DNA from: Tubiluchus corallicola
Lineage: Eukaryota; Animalia; Priapulida
DNA length: 64,000 nucleotides
Assembly (NCBI GenBank): GCA_030141605.1
Contig: JAQGDQ010002369.1
Span: forward strand, 620,001 to 684,000
Direction of reading: 5' to 3'
This document shows positions 42,987 to 52,511 of the stretch, piece by piece. Each line of letters starts with the position of its first letter. Positions within the stretch are counted from its first letter, which is position 1. Under the pieces are notes generated by a model that was given only the letters and a program-made list of their open reading frames with translations, searched no databases and was not told the origin of the DNA. The position numbers were made by a program, and so were the translations under genes.

Positions 42987-43336
42987 AGCTATTCAAGCTG
43001 CTTATTTCTTTCTGAAATGAATTCATAACATCCAACTTTTCCTCTTTACTCCTTACCAATAGCCCTTTGGCCAGGCAACTCGAACTACTCGTTTCCTTCG
43101 TAAATGAATGTAGATCGCTTGCCTTCTTTTCTTTGATCCTCAGCAATAGCTTTTGGCTATTGCACTCGTCGCAAATAAAAAAATTCAAATGATCTAAATC
43201 CTTTTCTAAAGGAATCCGCAGGTTCTCATTGCCTGATCGTGTCGTGCATAGAAAAATTCAATTATTTTGAATGAACTTTTGAAAGAATCCGTGACTCTCG
43301 CAGTTCCCGGATAGCTATTCAATCTGCTCATTTCTT
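42987..43336. repeat. 24-bp imperfect direct repeats (22/24) bracketing a spacer after the tRNA
   Basis: AGCTATTCAAGCTGCTTATTTCTT (42987-43010) vs AGCTATTCAATCTGCTCATTTCTT (43313-43336). Confidence 0.6.
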
Positions 43337-43437
43337 ACCAGGAGGGAGAGCCTTCGTATATCTGAAATAAGTTGAATGAAAAGAAAAGAGTATGGCAAAA
43401 GATGTAAATCTTTTTTTAATTCTTGTTGTTTTGAGGC

Positions 43438-44905
43438 GTGCCTATGTCTTCATCTGAACAAGCTCAAAAGAGTTTATTGCCTCTCAATTGGGAAGGAGAA
43501 CGTGCAGTAGTAGAGGAAGACGAAAGCATCCAACCGATTGGTCGAGGTCGTTCTTCTACGATGTTCGAGATGTCACAATCAAAAAATGAAGAGGAGGATG
43601 ACATTATAGAGATTCCACCTCATTCAGATTTTCTGGATGAACAGGTGGTTCCTTCTTCTGTCGATATTCTTATTTCTCCACGTACTTGCCAAAGAGCAAG
43701 AAAGGGGAGGAAAATATCAAATAAAGAAAAAGAAAAGTCATCGAGTCCACTCGATGAGAGAATCACACAAGTACGAAGAGAAAAATAATTTAGAGAAGTT
43801 GATCTTTCTAAAAGAAGCCATAGGCAGGGAGCTCCTCCTTAGGGGAGCAGGAGCAAAAAAAATCTCCCGTATGACAAAAGTAACTAGCTTTAGACATGCT
43901 ACTCCAAGGCTCTCTTCGAAAAAGAAAGCCATGAGGCGGTCCAAAAGTCTTAGGACTTGTGTAGATAATAAAAGAAAAGGGGATGTTTCTGAAGATCTTT
44001 TAGATGTGATTCAACGTGAGTTTCCCTCTCCTAAAAGACAGAAGTACTCTGTTGCGAGACTTATATGCAATCAATACTATCGAGTCGATCCAAGGGTCAT
44101 AGCCGCAGTGCTTGCTCTACTGTATGATAAAATTGATACGTCACAAGTTGGAATCAGCAAAAAGGACTTTTTTTACGAAATAGCCTTCCTTGTAGCTAAT
44201 AGGGATCTGGTACCTTGCGTATGGTACCTTTCAGAAAAAATGGATGAAGATTTTGTTCTTCAGCTGTATAGAATTTGTGCAAAAAATCATACAGTGTTGT
44301 TTGCCATCTCTCTTCTCACAGAGTTTGAACTTTCTATATCAACGAACTCGGCGGACCTCTTTAGAAAAGACTCTCTCGTTTCAAAGCTATCCCGAGTCTA
44401 CTTGAATCAAATTCTTACAAAGAAAGGATTTTTTAAGGCTCTCAGGCATAAAGTGCTGTATGAGGTAAAGAAAATGAAAAACCAAGAGGGTAAAATAGAT
44501 CTTTCAAAGGAAGACGAAGCGGAAGCATTTGTTGTATTTGCCACTTCAATTTTATCCCATCTCTATTCTACTTCTCTTCCTAAGCGATGTGCTCGCGTTC
44601 TAAAAGTCCGCGCGAATATCGTAAAACGATACAACCCAGATTGTGTCCTAATTTCTCTTGGCGATTTGCTCTTTCTAAGAGTGATCAATCCCTTTCTTTG
44701 TTCCAATCCTGTTTTTCTTTCTGATCCCAGAAAGCAGTCGATCATGATTGCTTTTTCTAAAATCCTTCAGAACATTAGCAATGGAGTTGTATTGGGTGAC
44801 GAGAAGAAAAATCCGTTGCTGGAACAGTTCAATGAGTCTCTTATAGAAAGATTTACAGTAGTTCATCAAGATTTTCTCAGCACGCAAATCGATCGATTTT
44901 CTTGA
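43438..44905 (+). CDS. RasGAP-domain putative effector (one frameshift at or before ~43788 joins the two ORFs)
   Basis: DLFRKDSLVSK, LLFLRVINP and FSKILQNISN match the RasGAP/NF1 signature blocks; S/E-rich disordered N-terminus in 43438..43788. Confidence 0.8.
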
Positions 44906-45098
44906 TCATCTTCAGTTTGTCCAATTTACAAAATATTAGTCTTTTTCTTTGAGTCTACGATTCATGACGATGGTATTAATTATTGAATGTTAGGTGTTTA
45001 ATTGTTTAATTAGCTGACCATTCTAGTAATTAATTGAATTAAAATAAAAATTTTGATATGATAGCTTGATGCGTTTCATTTGAAGAGGGAGAAGAAGA

Positions 45099-46568
45099 AT
45101 GGCTACGTATCAACCTATATCATTAGCCCATCAGTGTGGGCAGAAATTACTAGACTGGTCTGAAGAAACGCCGGCTCGTGCATCCATACGTGGCATTGAG
45201 GCTGAGGATGTAGTCTATGATCAACATTTGTCTAGTCTGCATTTACAAACTACTGAAAGGTGGAATAAAACCGATCCTGGCTCAGTTGCTGGAATCCACC
45301 TTCAAAGAGTTGCATCAGAATCTGAACAAGGGAGCTTGCTCCTTCGAAATATCACTCATCTATCTGCTGATCAATACATTCACACTATGAAGTTAATCGG
45401 AAAAACATTTCAGTTAACCTTTGGAGAGGATGTTCCTCTTAGCTTTAAGAATGTTTTCGATCCAGGAACAGCAATATTATTAGAGAAAGACCTTGAGGAT
45501 TTAAACCTAATGAAATTGTGGGCTTTATGCACGATGGAAGTAGCAATTCCTTCTGCTCCTCAAACTCCGGATGAAATTAGGAAATGGTTAAAAAATCCAG
45601 ACAATAGGCAGTTAGTGCAGAGGCAATATAATACTTTAAATTTCCGCATGGCCAATATTCGGTTTTTGCCACCTGAAGCAAAACTTCTGATCGATTTTCA
45701 GGGGAGAGAATATTTGATCTCTGCGTTTAATGGTGATCTTGCCACACTGAAGCCTTCTATTACTGATGCAGACCCTGCCACAAGAGCTTTGTACTTTGCT
45801 GCGATGAATAATAGTTCACATATTGTTGCTTTTCTATTAAATCCTGAGCTGAATCCCCATCAAATTTCTGATCAAGCGTATTTAGATGTGCTCTATCATG
45901 TTATTGAAGAGAAGGCTTTTGAAACTTTGCAGATCATGCTTGATCTTCGAGGAGAAAAATATCAACTAGCCGCCTTCAACGGCGATTCAGCAACTCTTAG
46001 ATCATTGATTAAGGATCCAGAGTCCGCTAAATGGGCCTTTCTTTTGGCTGTAATAAATAACCAACCTCACATTTCATTGGATTTTCTCCTTGATCCTGAA
46101 CAAAACCCTCATCGAATTGGTTCTGAGGCTCTATCAAATGGACGATACAATGCCGTTAGTGAAGGGTATCATGAAATTTTTGAGATTCTGCAATCCCGCA
46201 CTCCTATGCCATCTAATGAGCTGGGTACGCTATTAGAGGTTGCAGTTCGGAATGGAAAAGGTGAAATCGTGGAATGTATCTTAAAAGATTCACGAATAAA
46301 GTCTATGAACACGAGAAATTTTTATTCTGTGTTATGTATGGCTATTGAAAAGCGAGATTTGAAGACAATCGAGCTTTTTGTGAATCATGAAAAGATCAGA
46401 GATGTACCCTTTATCGATTTGGGTGTTATAACTTTATTTTGTGATGATGAAATTTTTGCTATCTTGGATATAGAGATCCTTCGAAGGATAAAAATAGCAG
46501 GAAAATACCTTCTTTCGACTCTAGCTACGATTGGGACGCTCTACGCCTACAGCAAGTATATTTCATAA
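45099..46568 (+). CDS. Ankyrin-like repeat protein with a C-terminal TM anchor (paralog A)
   Basis: Repeats AAFNGD..L, LEVAVRNGK; PQTPDEIRKWL motif; hydrophobic tail KYLLSTLATIGTLYAYS. Confidence 0.7.
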   Translation: MATYQPISLAHQCGQKLLDWSEETPARASIRGIEAEDVVYDQHLSSLHLQTTERWNKTDPGSVAGIHLQRVASESEQGSLLLRNITHLSADQYIHTMKLIGKTFQLTFGEDVPLSFKNVFDPGTAILLEKDLEDLNLMKLWALCTMEVAIPSAPQTPDEIRKWLKNPDNRQLVQRQYNTLNFRMANIRFLPPEAKLLIDFQGREYLISAFNGDLATLKPSITDADPATRALYFAAMNNSSHIVAFLLNPELNPHQISDQAYLDVLYHVIEEKAFETLQIMLDLRGEKYQLAAFNGDSATLRSLIKDPESAKWAFLLAVINNQPHISLDFLLDPEQNPHRIGSEALSNGRYNAVSEGYHEIFEILQSRTPMPSNELGTLLEVAVRNGKGEIVECILKDSRIKSMNTRNFYSVLCMAIEKRDLKTIELFVNHEKIRDVPFIDLGVITLFCDDEIFAILDIEILRRIKIAGKYLLSTLATIGTLYAYSKYIS

Positions 46569-46589
46569 AATAATAAGAGGAAGAAGAAG

Positions 46590-47543
46590 ATGACAACTAC
46601 ATATCAACCTATATCACTAGCCCATCAGTGTGGGCAGAAATTATTGGAGACTACAGACCTATCTGAAAAAATGCTATTCAGAGCTTCTATAAAGGGTATT
46701 GAAGCGGAAGATGTGGTCTATAATCAACATTTGTCGAGACTGCATCTAGAAACTACTCAAAGATGGAATCAGAATGAACCGGGTTCCATAGCTGGAGTTC
46801 ACCTACAAAGGGCGGCATTAGAATCAAACGACTTTCCTATTCACAATGTTACTCGACTCAATGCAGATCAATACTTCCAAATCATTGAAAGTATAACTAA
46901 TACAGCTTGGCAAACAACTCCTGGTGTCAGGTTAGAAAATGTCTTCGATCCAAAGACCATTCTTAATATGGAGAAGAAGATTGAAGATCAGAATCTCATG
47001 GAATTATGGTTTGCGTGTGTACGTTATAACGCAACACTTACCGATCTACCGGAGACTCCTGATGAAATAAGAGAGTGGTTGAAAGATCCAGATAATGTAC
47101 GGCAAGTGCAAAGACCGATTATCAGCTTTCAGCCTGGTTTTTTTACCCATTTTACTTTTATGCCTCCTGAAGCTAGATCCTTGATAGATTTTATGGGAGA
47201 GGATGAACTCTGTATCGCTGCCTTCAACGGGGACTTGCTAACCTTAAAACCATTGATTCAAGATTCTGGCAATACTTTAGATGCCCTCATATGTGCTGTG
47301 ATCACCAATCAGGCTCATATCGTTGCATTTCTTCTTGGTCCTGAGCAAAATCCTTATCCTTTAGATGAAAAACGATTTGCAAAGATTCAAACTATTGCTA
47401 TCCGTTACCAACGGGATGAAATTTTAGATATAATGCTTGATTTTCAAGAAGGGAAAAGGTGTATGAACGGGGTTAAATATGTTCTCGCAGGTCTAGCTAT
47501 GGTTGGGACACTCTACACAGCATATAGTCAGTATTTTTCATAA
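46590..47543 (+). CDS. Ankyrin-like repeat protein with a C-terminal TM anchor (paralog B)
   Basis: Shares YQPISLAHQCGQKLL, GIEAEDVVY, PETPDEIREWL and the tail KYVLAGLAMVGTLY with paralog A. Confidence 0.7.
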   Translation: MTTTYQPISLAHQCGQKLLETTDLSEKMLFRASIKGIEAEDVVYNQHLSRLHLETTQRWNQNEPGSIAGVHLQRAALESNDFPIHNVTRLNADQYFQIIESITNTAWQTTPGVRLENVFDPKTILNMEKKIEDQNLMELWFACVRYNATLTDLPETPDEIREWLKDPDNVRQVQRPIISFQPGFFTHFTFMPPEARSLIDFMGEDELCIAAFNGDLLTLKPLIQDSGNTLDALICAVITNQAHIVAFLLGPEQNPYPLDEKRFAKIQTIAIRYQRDEILDIMLDFQEGKRCMNGVKYVLAGLAMVGTLYTAYSQYFS

Positions 47544-47556
47544 TAAGATAAAATAA

Positions 47557-47615
47557 GAGGGAGAAGAAGATGACAACTACGTATCAATCAACCAATATCA
47601 TTATCTGTTCAATGC
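47557..47615 (+). pseudogene. Truncated 5' stub of a third paralog
   Basis: AATAAGAGGGAGAAGAAG ATGACAACTACGTATCAA...CAATATCATT repeats the leader and start of paralogs A and B, then breaks off. Confidence 0.65.
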
Positions 47616-48307
47616 GCAGTGACTATCAAAAGACCACTCAAGAAGGTTGGCCTATTGGGGTGGATTGCGTTTCTTGTAGATATAGAAAGGTCCCCAATCT
47701 AGCCTGATTGCGGACCTCTTTTTTTGTTTTGTGATGGATCACTCTTATTTGGCGACCTTAATACCCCTGGCTAAGTAAGGTCTGCATAATTTCTTCTTCC
47801 CCCTAAATTATGCAAACTCGACCCCGGCCTTTGTCGGGAAATAGCTTACAAAAATTACAACGGACCTTAATGTGAATTATAACAAATCTTTAATTGCGAG
47901 TCAAAACAAATTACTTGTTAGTTTGGTGTAAGTTGCTAACTTTGATAGAGATGGGTTAAATAATTTTTTTTCATAAAAAACCGACGATTTTAATAAGTAA
48001 CTTATGTTTAAAAGTTTATGTGATAAGAAGCTAAGTTGCTAATTTTGAGTTATTAAGAAGATTGAATGCTTGGAAATTCGGCTGAAACCAGAGGGATTGA
48101 TTGAGTTGATTTTTTTCTAAAAAAGAGATATGCCATTCGCAATCAACTATTAACTCTTCGGGGGAAGAACAATGGCTGTAAGGCTAGATGCTGTAAAATC
48201 AGTTACCCCGTCAAGCGTAATTCAGAAGATCTTGAGAAGCATTTTCCTTGATCTATTTTCGTAGAAATTTGTAAAAGCTTTGCGAATTTTTACATGGTGG
48301 ATCTTCT

Positions 48308-49019
48308 ATGCGTTATCTGTGTGTTTTATTCGTTCTGTTTTCTCTACATGGTAAGGAAATCGACAATCAATCCCATCAGGATCTGAACCATATGCCTTCT
48401 ATTCTTCTTGGTGAGGTTGGAGTATGCCGTGTTCCTGTCGTAAGGGCGACTGAAAAGTCTTTAAAAATGGGTATGGACGGATCGTTCATGATTTTGACGC
48501 GGAAGAGGTGATGATTGAGACTTGGCCGGCACCCGGATGGCGCAGTGTCTTTCCTGGAACGGGGGACAAAGGGGGGATTGTTGAAGACTCATTCACTATG
48601 TTCCGTAAGGGGAATGTCCTCTATGCAGAAAACCATGCGGTGAAACGGTTCTATATCACAGGCTGGTTCGACGACCCTGGAGCTGAGGTTGAAGAGCCAG
48701 GATGTGTGGAGTGTGTATATACTCATGAGGCCAATTACCACCCCGATGGAGGACAGGGTTTTCTTTCCTGCTAATGGAAAGTCGTTTGTAGCTCTTTTGG
48801 CACTGCCTGGCGATGATGTGAGGCCTGAGGATTTTGTGGCCTTTTATTTCGATGGGAGCTTCGGAGTCCAGATCCATCCCAAGGTATGGCATCAGCCCAT
48901 GTTCCCTGTAGGGGAAGTCGGCGCTATTTCGTAATAAGCAGGGGGCTGTCCACGCCTGTATAGGGGTCGATTTTGTCGAGGAGTTCGGTGTTTATCTGGA
49001 GATTCCCCTTCAGCCTTAA
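48308..49019 (+). pseudogene. Ureidoglycolate lyase-like cupin, split by several frameshifts
   Basis: Joined frames give VPVVRATEKSL..YGRIV..WPAPGWR..EANYHPDGGQVFFP..LALPGDDVRPEDFVAF..IHPKVWHQP..KQGAVHAC. Confidence 0.65.
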
Positions 49020-49219
49020 TTGATTTTCAGTCCTCTCTAGAAAATGAACCCTATAGGTAAATGAGGAATGCAATGATTTGTAGATAGATAAGGGCATAGG
49101 AAAGAAGAGACTCTATCATCGGCATTCCAGGGGTGTACTATCAAGGTAACGAATGTAGGCAGATGAATAGGATTTGATAAAAATAAATACTTTTGTTGCT
49201 TGAAAAAAAGTATTTATTC

Positions 49220-49504
49220 ATGACAAACGTTTTCGAAAAAAAGAGGTTCTTTAGGTTTGTCTCTAACGTTACAACGGGTGCTACTACTACTCAACTTTTG
49301 AGCTCACAAGAAAAAACGAATAGATTCTCTGCTGAACTTCCATCTATTGCATCAAAAATTCAAAGTATGAATCTAAAGACTTCTATTTTTCTTGGAGTAG
49401 GATTATTAGCATTGGCTAGCCTTCCTCTTGCTCAAGCTGGAGCCCAAGAATATGCAGACTGCCTTGCGAGGTGCATAGGAGAAGATGTGAGTTTTTGCGT
49501 GTGA
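49220..49504 (+). CDS. Small orphan with an internal hydrophobic segment and Cys-rich tail
   Basis: IFLGVGLLALASLPLAQAGAQEYADCLARC; the 3' end may be frameshifted. Confidence 0.5.
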   Translation: MTNVFEKKRFFRFVSNVTTGATTTQLLSSQEKTNRFSAELPSIASKIQSMNLKTSIFLGVGLLALASLPLAQAGAQEYADCLARCIGEDVSFCV

Positions 49505-49706
49505 CAATATGTTCATTAAGGTGCTTGCCCTTTCTTGCTGTTTAATTTTGCATTGATTTCTATGAATTACTTCTGCTCCCCTGTCGAGGTAAACAGCTGC
49601 ACTAGTAATAGTAAATGTCTTCGAATGTAAGCTAGGTTCTCTTGGGTGTTCCAAATGCAACATTTTCATTAAGAAGTCAGGCCATTAGCGGTATGCTCAA
49701 TCAGTT

Positions 49707-49855
49707 CTCTTAGGAACGATGCTCATCAAAGCAGCTAAAGCAGGGCAATTGGAAGTCCTTCAGGCTATTAGATGGGGTTAGATTTAATGAAATTCCCTCC
49801 GAGATTTTGGAATCAATGGCAAGGTCTGCAACTGAATGACTGTGTTCAAACCTTA
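49707..49855 (+). pseudogene. Collapsed remnant of a paralog of the downstream ankyrin gene
   Basis: Matches 50230-50280 (LLGTMLIKAA) and 51218-51292 (the C-terminus, stop codon and downstream TGTGTTCAAxCCTTA). Confidence 0.7.
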
Positions 49856-49887
49856 AGCAAATTAAATCAATAACAAGAAGAAGAAAA

Positions 49888-51276
49888 ATGGCAATTCCAG
49901 AAATATATCATCGACCACCTTCATTAAAAAGTCTGGCATTAAGTGCATTGCCTAGTCCTCCAAGAACAGATGCTATACCTTCAGAGTCTTATGCCGAGGT
50001 AACAGCAAAAATTCGTTCAGCAGACTTAAGAAACCCTGATGAGGCTCGATCTATATTGGATTATGTCATCAAAAACGATAACGCTGTCGCCTTGAGCATA
50101 TTAATGCTTAATCCAGACTTCGATATGGACTATCTGATTCAGCGGCTACCTGAAGCAGCAGCCGAAGGCAAAATAAACATCGTCGGAAAGATATCTGAGA
50201 ATCCAGCTCTCGTAAGAAATCCAATAGATCTCTTAGGAACTATGCTTATCAAAGCAGCAAGAGCAGGGCAACTGGCAGTTGTGCAGGCTCTTATGGGAAC
50301 TGAGGTATATAAGGGATATACCCGCCAACTATTTAAGTTTAGCGGTATTTCAAGCAAGAGAACATCGTGATGTCGTAGAAGCATTTAGGACAAACGATCG
50401 GTTTCATGAAACATGTGCCATCGGCGCTAGAGAGGCTTTAACACAAATACTTATAGAAGCAAGCAGAGAAGGACAATTCGGTGTCGTACGAGCGATCATG
50501 GAGTCCGGTCGATTCGGTGATATCTTCGAAGAGAATTTGGGCTTAGCGCTAGGAGGGGCAGCTGGAGAAGGACGTGTAGGTGTTGTATGAGCTATCATGG
50601 AATCCGGTCGATTTCATGAGATCTATGCTAGTAATTTGGGTAATGCTCTAATATCTGCAGCTAAGGGAGGACAATCAGAAGTCGTACGAGCGATCATGGA
50701 GTCCGGTCGATTCGGTGATATCTTCGAAGAGAATTTGGGCTTAGCGCTAGGAGGGGCAGCTAACGAAGGACATGTAGGTGTTGTACAAGCTCTTATTGGA
50801 TGTAGTCGATCCGGTGGATATCTCCGAAGAGAATTTGAGCTTAGCGCTAGAAGGGGCAGCCAGCGAAGGACATGTAGGTGCTGTACAAGCCATCATTGGA
50901 TGTAGTCGATTCCATGAGATTTCCGCAGAAGATTTGAGTTGGGCCTTAAGCAGAGTACTAAACAGAGCAGCTGAAGAAGGACATGTAGGTTGCTGTACAA
51001 GCCATTATTGGATGTAGTCGATTCCATGAGATTTCCGCAAGGGATTTGGGTTGGGCTCTAAGTCGGGCAGCTGAAGAAGAGCAATTAGAAGTCGTACAAG
51101 CTCTTATTGGGTGTAGCCGATTTAGCGAGATCAGTGCTGAATATTTGCTTGAGGCGTTGAAAGGTGCATCTGAAAAAGAGCAAAGGGAAGTCAAACAAGC
51201 TTTTATTGGATGCGGTAGATTTGATGAAAGTTCTTCCGAGGTTTTGGAGCCAGTAGCAGAATCTGCAACCGAATGA
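49888..51276 (+). pseudogene. Ankyrin-like tandem-repeat protein (99-bp units), broken by frameshifts and a nonsense codon
   Basis: 33-aa units (LGLALGGAA.EGHVGVVQA/RAIM.SGRF.EI); an 81-bp exact duplicate at 50483-50563 / 50681-50761; TGA at 50588 where sister units have CGA. Confidence 0.8.
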
Positions 51277-51309
51277 TTGTGTTCAAGCCTTATTAAATTT
51301 CAGATTTAA

Positions 51310-52511
51310 TCAAATTATGTTCTTTATTCCTCGTCGGAAGATGAACCAGTAGATGAGGAATGCAATGATCTGAAGAATCAGATAGGCGAAGGCATAGGGA
51401 ACAAGTGACTCTGTTTTTAAGAGAGATCCGAAGGTGGCCACAATCCCGGTTCCAAAAATGAATAGAGAACCCATTAAGGCGCTTGCTGATCCTGCTCTTT
51501 TAGGAAAGAGGCTGAGGCATTTACTCATGGCATTGGGAAAGACAAAGCCTGATGCATAGAGTGTGATGAACGTTGGAATGATGAGAATGTAGAGGTTGAC
51601 CGGTACGACTGCAGCAAAGAAGACCATCACAACGCTGCTGATCAACATAAGGATGATGCCAAAGGGAATCAAGTGATGGGAGTCTCTTTTGTGGAGCATG
51701 AACCGGTTTGATAATGTCCCCAGGAAAAAAGCAAATCCCATGATGAAAGCCACATGTCCATAGGTGATCGCTGAGTACTTCAGGATCCCTTGAATAACGA
51801 AAGGCCCGACTATAATTAAAGAGGATGATCAGACTGTAAACGAGCGTCATACAGATCACGGCTCCGATGAAGATAAAATGAGCGAGGATCTCTAGATAAG
51901 TTTTGTTGGTGTTTTTCAGGTTCCATGGGATCAGGTGCTCCATTGGTCTCCGGCAAAAGAAAACGGATGAATACAAGTCCCAGTAACCCATAGGCAGCCA
52001 GGAACAGGAAGTTGGCTTGCCATCCAACATAAAACTGAAGGTAACCGCCGATTGCAGGAGCTACAATGGGGCCGAGAGCCCATGCAGTTGCCATGTAGCT
52101 CGATTTTTTCGCGAGTATCTTTCCTTTGAAAGAGTCAGCGAGTATCGCTTTCGTAATAGTCCCGCAGGCAGCAATAGTTATTCCCTGAAGAAATCGTAAA
52201 ACAATGAGGGATGTGATGTTTGGAGCAAAAGAACAAAGCATGGTCAGTATGACGTAGCAGACCGTTCCCCAGAAAAAGGGATTTTTTCTGCCTTTGGAAT
52301 CGGAAAGAGTTCCGAAGAAAGGCTGACCGATTCCATAACCTAGAAGATAAACAGCCAACGTCAGTTTTACATAAAAAGGATCTGCAGAAAAGTATTGCAC
52401 GATGTGTGGAAGGGAAGGGGTGTAAATGTCGATTCCCATTCCCTGCAGAGGGGTCATAAATAGAATGACAAAGGTAATGAGCGGTTTGGAGTCTACCTTT
52501 TCTTCTTCCAT
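51310..52511 (-). CDS. Bcr/CflA-family MFS efflux transporter (frameshifted)
   Basis: GIDIYTPSLP, GQPFFGTLSDSKGRK, LRFLQG, GPIVAPAIGG, LLPET, FPKRAGSASALMG; in 3 frames. Confidence 0.85.

Noticed and set aside
42940-43188. 82-aa minus-strand ORF
   Set aside because: Runs antisense into the tRNA-Met and lies in repeat-derived spacer
47619-47725. Possible structured RNA or riboswitch (ATTGGGG...CCCCAAT stem followed by a T-run)
   Set aside because: No recognisable family motif; the segment also reads as the decayed minus-strand ORF starting at 47787, so an RNA call is unsupported
50483-51150. Regularly spaced direct repeats suggesting a CRISPR array
   Set aside because: The units are 99-bp coding ankyrin-like repeats with no unique spacers, and no cas genes are present
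42822-51300. Prophage or ICE integrated at tRNA-Met
   Set aside because: No integrase, phage or conjugation genes, and no duplicated tRNA 3' end was seen
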